Source: an uncultured candidatus Porisulfidus sp. (GTDB taxonomy: Bacteria > Pseudomonadota > Gammaproteobacteria > Poriferisulfidales > Poriferisulfidaceae). Taken from it: DNA of 64,000 nt. This document shows, one piece after another, positions 58,142-64,000 of this stretch. Positions within the stretch are counted from its first letter, which is position 1. Every line of letters starts with the position of its first letter. The notes below the pieces were generated by a model. It had not been told where the DNA came from. It was given only the letters and a program-made list of their open reading frames with translations, and did not search any database. The position numbers and the translations under genes are program-made. Location of the stretch: contig OZ220480.1 of assembly GCA_965116025.1 (NCBI GenBank), forward strand, positions 1,954,985-2,018,984. Reading direction: 5' to 3'.

Positions 58142-58691
58142 GCCCGCGTCCGAAATACAGGGACGATTCGTCCAGTCCCAGCTGCTTGAGCGCCTCTCCC
58201 CAGCGACGTTCCCAGGGCGTTCCGAACAGCAACTCCGGCGACGGCTCCGCCAGCCACCATGAACCGATGTCCATCTCTCGCTCCAACTGTCCCGGGAACC
58301 AGCCGGAATAGCCCATCGCCACCAGCAGGTTCTTCGGTCCCTTCCCGACCGCGCAACGCTCCAGCAGAGCGCGAGACGCGGTGACCCGGATGCGGCCGTC
58401 GATCTTGGCGCTATCCGAAAGCTCGCGGCCCCCAGTGTACAGTCCAAACCCCAAGTTCGGCCGCACCGGCCCGCCCAGGAACACCGGCCGGCCGAGAGCT
58501 TCCGGATCTTCCGGCTTGATCTTCATGTCGAGCAGCAGATCCCGCAAGGTGATGTCCGACGGGTGATTCACGATGAACCCGATCGCGCCATTCTCCGCGT
58601 CATGCTCGCAGACCAGGATCAGGGCGCGCCGAAAAAATTCGTTCTGCAAGTCGGGAGTCGCCACCAGCAGACGTCCGCGCAAGGTTTTCAC
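58134..58691 (-). CDS. yqgE: YqgE/AlgH family protein
   Basis: LLVATP, CEH...GA.G, GGPV and GYSGW.PGQLE.E...GSW motifs. Confidence 0.92.
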   Translation of the reverse strand: MKTLRGRLLVATPDLQNEFFRRALILVCEHDAENGAIGFIVNHPSDITLRDLLLDMKIKPEDPEALGRPVFLGGPVRPNLGFGLYTGGRELSDSAKIDGRIRVTASRALLERCAVGKGPKNLLVAMGYSGWFPGQLEREMDIGSWWLAEPSPELLFGTPWERRWGEALKQLGLDESSLYFGRGHA

Positions 58692-59263
58692 GGGCGAAGC
58701 CGCTCCCTCGCGGGCTTTTTGGTCGGGGCCCCGAACACCCAGCGGCGACTGATTCGCAAACGGTCGCGATGGGCTCGAAGCTCTTCGGGGAACGGCGCGT
58801 GCGGCCGCATGCGAGTCACGACGTCCCGCGCGGCCGCGGCCAAGGGCTCCGGCCCCGGCTCGATCTCGATCCGCCGAACTCCGCCGCGCGCGTCCATCGT
58901 CACATGCACCACCACCTCTCCCTCGAGATCCCGCGCCACGCTCTCCCCCAGACGCTCCGCGCGCGCCACCCACTGGCGCGCGTATTCTCGTTCCAAAGTA
59001 TACGCCTCCGGCGCCCTCTCCGAGCCATGCGCGGCGCCCGGGGCGGAGCGAAGGGAAAAGGGCCATGGCGGAGCTTGGCCGGTCTCCGCCAGCCCCGGCC
59101 AGGCCGCGTCTCCCGCCCAAAGCGCCTCGAAATCCGGCGCCGTCCCGGGCGGTGGGGACGTGAGCGTCACGCCCAGAATCGCCATGCCGTGCGCGGCCAG
59201 CGCCAAGAACAGGCAGAACGCCAAGCGCTCGGAGTCGGGAATCGCGGGCGTCAGCGGCCGCAT
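58688..59263 (-). CDS. Short TonB-C-terminal-domain protein
   Basis: TM helix AAHG, Y...W....E..G and PF.PFPEEL-like segment. Position between gshB and algH matches a TonB paralogue in Pseudomonas-like genomes. Confidence 0.6.
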   Translation of the reverse strand: MRPLTPAIPDSERLAFCLFLALAAHGMAILGVTLTSPPPGTAPDFEALWAGDAAWPGLAETGQAPPWPFSLRSAPGAAHGSERAPEAYTLEREYARQWVARAERLGESVARDLEGEVVVHVTMDARGGVRRIEIEPGPEPLAAAARDVVTRMRPHAPFPEELRAHRDRLRISRRWVFGAPTKKPARERLRP

Positions 59264-59266
59264 GGA

Positions 59267-60223
59267 TCAAGTCTCCAGCCAGCGATCGGCCACGGCGTCC
59301 CAGAAGCGCGCCGCCACCGCCCGCCCGGTCGCCCGCTCCACCTCGCGGACGCAAGTCGGAGACGTGACGTTGATCTCGGTCAGCCACCCTCCGACCACGT
59401 CCACTCCCGCGAAGCACACCCCGGCGTCCCGCAAGGGCTTCCCCACGCGCTCCGCGATCTCGCGGTCGCGCTCGCTGGCCGGCTCCACCCGCAAGGTCCC
59501 GCCTTGAGAGAGGTTGGCGCGAAAATCCCCCTTCTTGGGGACGCGCACCGCGACGTCCGGGATTAGCTCGCCGTCGATCAGCAACAGACGCCGGTCGCCC
59601 TCGACCACCTCAGGGAGAAAGCGTTGCGCCATCGCGGGCACGGAGCCTCGCCGCGTGACGGTCTCGATGGCCTGGGCCAGGGCGGGATCTCCCGGGCGCA
59701 AGCGGTACACCTGATCCCCTCCCATGCGGTCGAGCGGCTTGACGACGATCTCGCCATGCCGCGCCAGGAACCGTTCCAAGTCGTCGCGGCGCGCGCTCAC
59801 CAGAAAAGGCGGCGCGAGATCCGCGAACCGCGCGATGGAGAGCTTCTCGTTGACATCGCGCAGCGCGTTCGGGGCGTTGAGAACGAGCGCGCCAGCGGCG
59901 CGGGCCTGGTCCAGCAACCAAGTGGCGGCGATGTACGCCAGATCGACGGGCGGGTCCTTGCGCATCAGCACCACATCGAACTCGGCCAGAGCCGCCTCGC
60001 GCTCCTCCTCGACCCGGCACCAGTCAGCCCGGTCGGAGACGAGAACCTTCCGGACGCGAGCGAGCGCGCCGTCGGGACCGCCGCTCAGGTCGGAAAGCGT
60101 CGCGACGTGCAGCTCTGCGCCACGCGCCTGGGCCGCCAGCATGAGCGCGACGGTCGAGTCTCGCTCTGGACGGATCCGCTCAGGCGGATCCATGACCACG
60201 GCGACGCGGCGCGGCGCGCTCAC
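59267..60223 (-). CDS. gshB: Glutathione synthetase
   Basis: VMDP, MRKDPP, NEK, KPL..MGG, R.NL..GG and EINVTSPT motifs. Confidence 0.96.
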   Translation of the reverse strand: MSAPRRVAVVMDPPERIRPERDSTVALMLAAQARGAELHVATLSDLSGGPDGALARVRKVLVSDRADWCRVEEEREAALAEFDVVLMRKDPPVDLAYIAATWLLDQARAAGALVLNAPNALRDVNEKLSIARFADLAPPFLVSARRDDLERFLARHGEIVVKPLDRMGGDQVYRLRPGDPALAQAIETVTRRGSVPAMAQRFLPEVVEGDRRLLLIDGELIPDVAVRVPKKGDFRANLSQGGTLRVEPASERDREIAERVGKPLRDAGVCFAGVDVVGGWLTEINVTSPTCVREVERATGRAVAARFWDAVADRWLET

Positions 60224-60250
60224 GCGCCGTCCCCGCTCCCAAACGGACGA

Positions 60251-61567
60251 TCAGTAGCGATAATGATCGGGCTTGTAGGGCCCGCGCGCGTCCACGCCCA
60301 AGTACTCCGCCTGCTCCGACGTCAGCTCGGTCAGATGGACGCCGAGCTTGTCCAAGTGCAGACGCGCGACCTCCTCGTCCTTGTCCTTCGGCAAGGTGTG
60401 AACGCCGGGCCCGTAAGCGTCCGGCCGCCGCCACAACTCGATCTGGGCCAGCACCTGGTTGGCGAACGAGCACGACATCACGAAACTGGGATGCCCGGTC
60501 GCGCACCCGAGGTTGACCAGCCGCCCGCGGGCCAGCACGATCAGGCGCTTGCCGTCGGGGAAGACCACGTGGTCGACCTGCGGCTTGACCTCCTCCCAAA
60601 CGCAACCGTCGAGCGCGGCGATGTCGATCTCGTTGTCGAAATGCCCGATGTTGCAGACGATCGCCTCATCCTTCATCCGCCGCATGTGCTCGAAGGTGAT
60701 CACGCGCCGGCAGCCGGTCGCGGTGACGAAGATATCGGCCTTCGGGGCCGCCTCGTCCATGGTCACCACCGGCAGGCCCTCCATCGCCGCCTGCAGCGCG
60801 CAGATCGGGTCCACCTCCGTCACCCACACGATCGCGCCTTGCGCGCGCAGGGACTGGGCGCAGCCCTTCCCGACCCCGCCGTAACCGGCCACCACGCAGG
60901 TTTTGCCCGCGACCATCACGTCGGTCGCCCGCTTGAGGCCGTCCAGCAAAGACTCGCGGCAGCCGTACGTGTTGTCGAACTTGGATTTGGTGACCGAGTC
61001 GTTGACGTTGATCGCCGGCACCTTCAGCTCTCCTTTCTCGTGCATGGCGTACAGGCGACTGACCCCCGTGGTCGTCTCCTCGGAAATGCCGCGCACCTCC
61101 TCGAGCAACCGAGGATAATCGTCGTGCATCACGCGCGTCAGGTCGCCACCATCGTCCAGCAACAGGTTCGGGCGCCAGCCGTCCGGCCCCTCGATCACGC
61201 GGTAAATGCACCGCAGGTACTCCTCCTCGGTCTCTCCTTTCCAAGCGAACACCGGGATTCCCTGGTCGGCGACCGCGGCCGCGGCGTGGTCCTGGGTCGA
61301 GAAGATGTTGCACGACGACCAGCGCGCCTCGGCTCCGAGCGCCACCAGCGTCTCGATCAGCACCGCCGTCTGGATCGTCATGTGCAGACAGCCCGCGACG
61401 CGCGCGCCCTCCAGCGGCCGCTCGGCCTCGTACTTCGCGCGCAACGCGACGAGCCCCGGCATCTCGGCGCGCGCGATCGCGATCTCGCGGCGCCCCCACG
61501 GCGCCAGCCCCAAGTCGGCGACTTCGTGGTCCGGGCGGATTTCGGTAACGGACTCGCTCATGCTCAT
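60251..61567 (-). CDS. ahcY: Adenosylhomocysteinase
   Basis: [44 protein letters not shown] and C-terminal KPDHYRY. Confidence 0.98.
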   Translation of the reverse strand: MSMSESVTEIRPDHEVADLGLAPWGRREIAIARAEMPGLVALRAKYEAERPLEGARVAGCLHMTIQTAVLIETLVALGAEARWSSCNIFSTQDHAAAAVADQGIPVFAWKGETEEEYLRCIYRVIEGPDGWRPNLLLDDGGDLTRVMHDDYPRLLEEVRGISEETTTGVSRLYAMHEKGELKVPAINVNDSVTKSKFDNTYGCRESLLDGLKRATDVMVAGKTCVVAGYGGVGKGCAQSLRAQGAIVWVTEVDPICALQAAMEGLPVVTMDEAAPKADIFVTATGCRRVITFEHMRRMKDEAIVCNIGHFDNEIDIAALDGCVWEEVKPQVDHVVFPDGKRLIVLARGRLVNLGCATGHPSFVMSCSFANQVLAQIELWRRPDAYGPGVHTLPKDKDEEVARLHLDKLGVHLTELTSEQAEYLGVDARGPYKPDHYRY

Positions 61568-61571
61568 GATG

Positions 61572-62777
61572 TCATTCTCCCAGCGCGGCGCGCAGTTGAT
61601 CCAATCGGTCCAGCGACTCCCACGGAAACGCCCCGTCCGGATAGCCGAAATGCCCATGCCCGGCCGAGTCCCGGTACCGAAACCCGCGGTCCTCGTCCAG
61701 CAGGCCGAGCATTTTAACAATCCCGCCAGGCGACAGGTCGAAGACCTCGCCGGCCAGCAGCACGTCGGCGACGCGCCCTTCCGGGACGCTCCCGGTCCCG
61801 AACGTGTCCACCCGGACCGATATCGGCCTGGGCCAGCCGATCGCGTAGGCCAGCTGCACCTCGCAACGCCGGGCGAAGCCGCCGCCCACCACGTGCCGGG
61901 CCACGTAGCGCGCCGCGTAGGCGGCCGAGCGGTCCACCTTGGACGGGTCCTTGCCGGAGAACGCCCCGCCTCCGTGACGCGCCATGCCGCCGTAAGTGTC
62001 GACGATGATCTTGCGCCCGGTGAGCCCGCAATCGCCAACCGGCCCCCCGATCTCGAACTTTCCGGTCGGGTTGATGAGCGTCTGGAAGTCTTGGGAACGC
62101 AGGTCCGGAGGGATCACCGGATCGATGATCTCCTCGCGCACGAGCGCGCGCAATTCCCGTTGCCTCTCCAGGGACGAATATTCCCGGGCGTGCTGCGTGG
62201 AAAGCACGACCGTGTCGACCGCCACCGCGCGGCCGCTCTCGTCGTAGCGAAACGTGACCTGACTCTTCGCGTCCGGGCGCAGCGCCTCCCTTCCCGGTCC
62301 GGAGCTCCGGACCTCCTCGTGGCGGCGCATCAGCTCGTGCGCGTACTGGATCGGGGCCGGCATCCAGGTCTCCGTGTCGTCGCACGCGTAGCCGAAGATG
62401 ATGCCCTGGTCCCCCGCGCCCTGCTCCTCGGCGTCCACGCCCTGCCCGATATCCGAGGACTGCGCGCCGATGAGCGTCAGAATCTCGCACCGCGTCGAAT
62501 CGAACCCGACATCGAGATCCTCGACGTACCCGATCTCCCGGATCACGGAGCGGACGATCCGGTCGTAGTCCTCGTCCTCGAGCCGCTTCCCCGGGGCCAG
62601 CGACAGCTCGCCCGCCAGAACCACCCGCTGATCCTTGACCAAGGTCTCCACGGCCACCCGCGCGTTGGCGTCTCGCGCCAGCGCCTCGTCCAACACCGCG
62701 TCCGAGATCTGGTCGCACACCTTGTCCGGGTGCCCCCGGGAGACGGCTTCGGATGTGAAAAGGCTGTGCTGGCTCAA
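61572..62777 (-). CDS. metK: S-adenosylmethionine synthetase
   Basis: [36 protein letters not shown] and [16 protein letters not shown] motifs. Start probably TTG 62777. Confidence 0.97.
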   Translation of the reverse strand: MSQHSLFTSEAVSRGHPDKVCDQISDAVLDEALARDANARVAVETLVKDQRVVLAGELSLAPGKRLEDEDYDRIVRSVIREIGYVEDLDVGFDSTRCEILTLIGAQSSDIGQGVDAEEQGAGDQGIIFGYACDDTETWMPAPIQYAHELMRRHEEVRSSGPGREALRPDAKSQVTFRYDESGRAVAVDTVVLSTQHAREYSSLERQRELRALVREEIIDPVIPPDLRSQDFQTLINPTGKFEIGGPVGDCGLTGRKIIVDTYGGMARHGGGAFSGKDPSKVDRSAAYAARYVARHVVGGGFARRCEVQLAYAIGWPRPISVRVDTFGTGSVPEGRVADVLLAGEVFDLSPGGIVKMLGLLDEDRGFRYRDSAGHGHFGYPDGAFPWESLDRLDQLRAALGE

Positions 62778-62870
62778 CGGAGCGTATCGTCGCGCGGTTC
62801 GCGCCCATTCTACAATGCTGGCGAAAGCGGGTAAAATCCGCTTGGTCAAAATCCCTCAAGGAGATATCGA

Positions 62871-63377
62871 ATGGCGACCGTCACCCTGCACGGAAACGAA
62901 GCCCGCCTGGAAGGCGCCCTGCCGGAGGTCGGCGACGCGGCCCCGGATTTCACGCTGGTCGACCGCGACCTCAACGAAGCCACCCTCGGCACGTTCGGCG
63001 ACGCGCGCAAGCTGCTCTCGATCCTGCCCAGCTTGGACACTCCAGTCTGCGCCAAGTCTTCCGTCCAGTTCGACGAGGAGGCCGGAAAGCTGGACAAGAA
63101 GGCGGTGGTGCTGGTGATCTCCTCGGACCTGCCGTTCGCGATGACTCGCTTCTGCACCGAGCGCGGCGCCGAGCGCCTGGTCACCTTGTCGATGATGCGC
63201 AACCGGGATTTCGCGCGCGACTATGGCGTCCTGATCGCCGACGGCCCGCTCGCCGGGATCACCGCGCGCGCGGTGGTGGTGCTGGACAGCGGCAACAAGG
63301 TCGTCCACACGGAGCTGGTGCCCGAGATCGGGGACGAACCGAATTACGCGGAGGCGATCGCGGCGCTACGGGGGTGA
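62871..63377 (+). CDS. tpx: Thiol peroxidase
   Basis: PSLDTPVC, SDLPFA..RFC, YGV and EP.Y motifs; AAGGAG RBS. Confidence 0.96.
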   Translation: MATVTLHGNEARLEGALPEVGDAAPDFTLVDRDLNEATLGTFGDARKLLSILPSLDTPVCAKSSVQFDEEAGKLDKKAVVLVISSDLPFAMTRFCTERGAERLVTLSMMRNRDFARDYGVLIADGPLAGITARAVVVLDSGNKVVHTELVPEIGDEPNYAEAIAALRG

Positions 63378-63441
63378 CCCTGGGTCGCGCGCCAGCGGAC
63401 TTTGCTATACTCGCAAGCGAACGCGCCAGAAATTAACCCGC

Positions 63442-63675
63442 TTGATCGTGGACTTGAAGAATCCTTCCGCCGAAACCGCCCTCGCCGCGCTCGAGCGGAA
63501 CGTCGACGCGCTGGTCACGCTTTGCGACCGGCTCGTCAGCGCCAACCAGTCTTTGCTCAAGCGTTGCGACCAGTTGCAGGAGCAACAGCGCGACTGGCGC
63601 CGCAAGAACCGTCAGACGGCCAGCGCCATCGACCATGTGCTGGCGCGACTCCGCCCCTACGCCCGAACCGAATGA
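63442..63675 (+). CDS. TIGR02449-like coiled-coil protein (ZapB-like)
   Basis: LE..VD.L...C.RL...N..L coiled coil; directly upstream of zapA. Confidence 0.75.
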   Translation: MIVDLKNPSAETALAALERNVDALVTLCDRLVSANQSLLKRCDQLQEQQRDWRRKNRQTASAIDHVLARLRPYARTE

Positions 63676-63980
63676 GCATGGCCACCGACCAGATCAACGT
63701 CCGCCTTCTCAAGAAGACCTACGAGGTCGCCTGCCCCCCCGGACAGCGCGAATCGCTGGATCCGGCCATCAAGCGCCTGAGGAGCCAAATGCGAACGGTT
63801 CGCGAGATGGACGCCAACGCCAGCATGGAACGCGTCGCGGTCATCGCCGCGCTGAACCTGAGCCACGACTTCTTGCGGCTGTCCCGGGAGCTCCCGAGCG
63901 ATCTTCCCAAGCGCGTCGAATCGTTGTCCACACGGATTCGGAAGTCCTTGGACCGCGCCAAGAAAGCGAATCTCTCATGA
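63672..63980 (+). CDS. zapA: Cell division protein ZapA
   Basis: Y.VACP..Q...L, M..VR and ERVAVIAALNL motifs. Confidence 0.9.
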   Translation: MSMATDQINVRLLKKTYEVACPPGQRESLDPAIKRLRSQMRTVREMDANASMERVAVIAALNLSHDFLRLSRELPSDLPKRVESLSTRIRKSLDRAKKANLS

Positions 63981-64000
63981 TCAGCTCCGCTCTCATGAAT

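Noticed and set aside
63981-64000. 6S RNA expected downstream of zapA
   Set aside because: Only 20 bp remain in the window, so it cannot be supported.

Overview
A 64-kb segment of a high-GC (roughly 65-70% by eye), densely packed Gammaproteobacterial chromosome. It is mostly housekeeping genes: tsaB-yoaA-ispF-ispD-ftsB-eno, dcd-apbC, metG-rsxB-like-nth, coq7, nrdAB, dinB, fabA-trhO-tatD, metA, yggT-proC, pyrK-pyrC'-pyrB-pyrR-ruvX-yqgE-gshB-ahcY-metK, tpx and zapA. Accessory loci interrupt this backbone: (i) the 3' end of a DUF499 ATPase defence-island gene plus an orphan DUF433; (ii) an EGKCG-repeat/DUF692 (oxazolin/bufferin-type) RiPP cluster; (iii) a stand-alone DUF2857-like gene with an ungapped internal duplication, reading as an FlhD-FlhD-FlhC single-chain fusion; (iv) a region with an FN3/Calx-beta autotransporter-like adhesin carrying a C18 tract in its first codons, a fused nuclease-methyltransferase, and an orphan NHLP-leader RiPP precursor (core LCCCL) behind a near-consensus sigma70 promoter; (v) an AlkB/XylM-type monooxygenase divergent from a CarH-like regulator that has lost both cobalamin-ligating histidines; (vi) a Fur-boxed TonB/TBDR/PiuC iron operon. 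The gene content suggests a marine host-associated, possibly sponge-symbiotic, bacterium (inference). I saw no rRNA, tRNA, CRISPR array, integrase or transposase. All family calls come from motif recognition by eye; no database searches were run.
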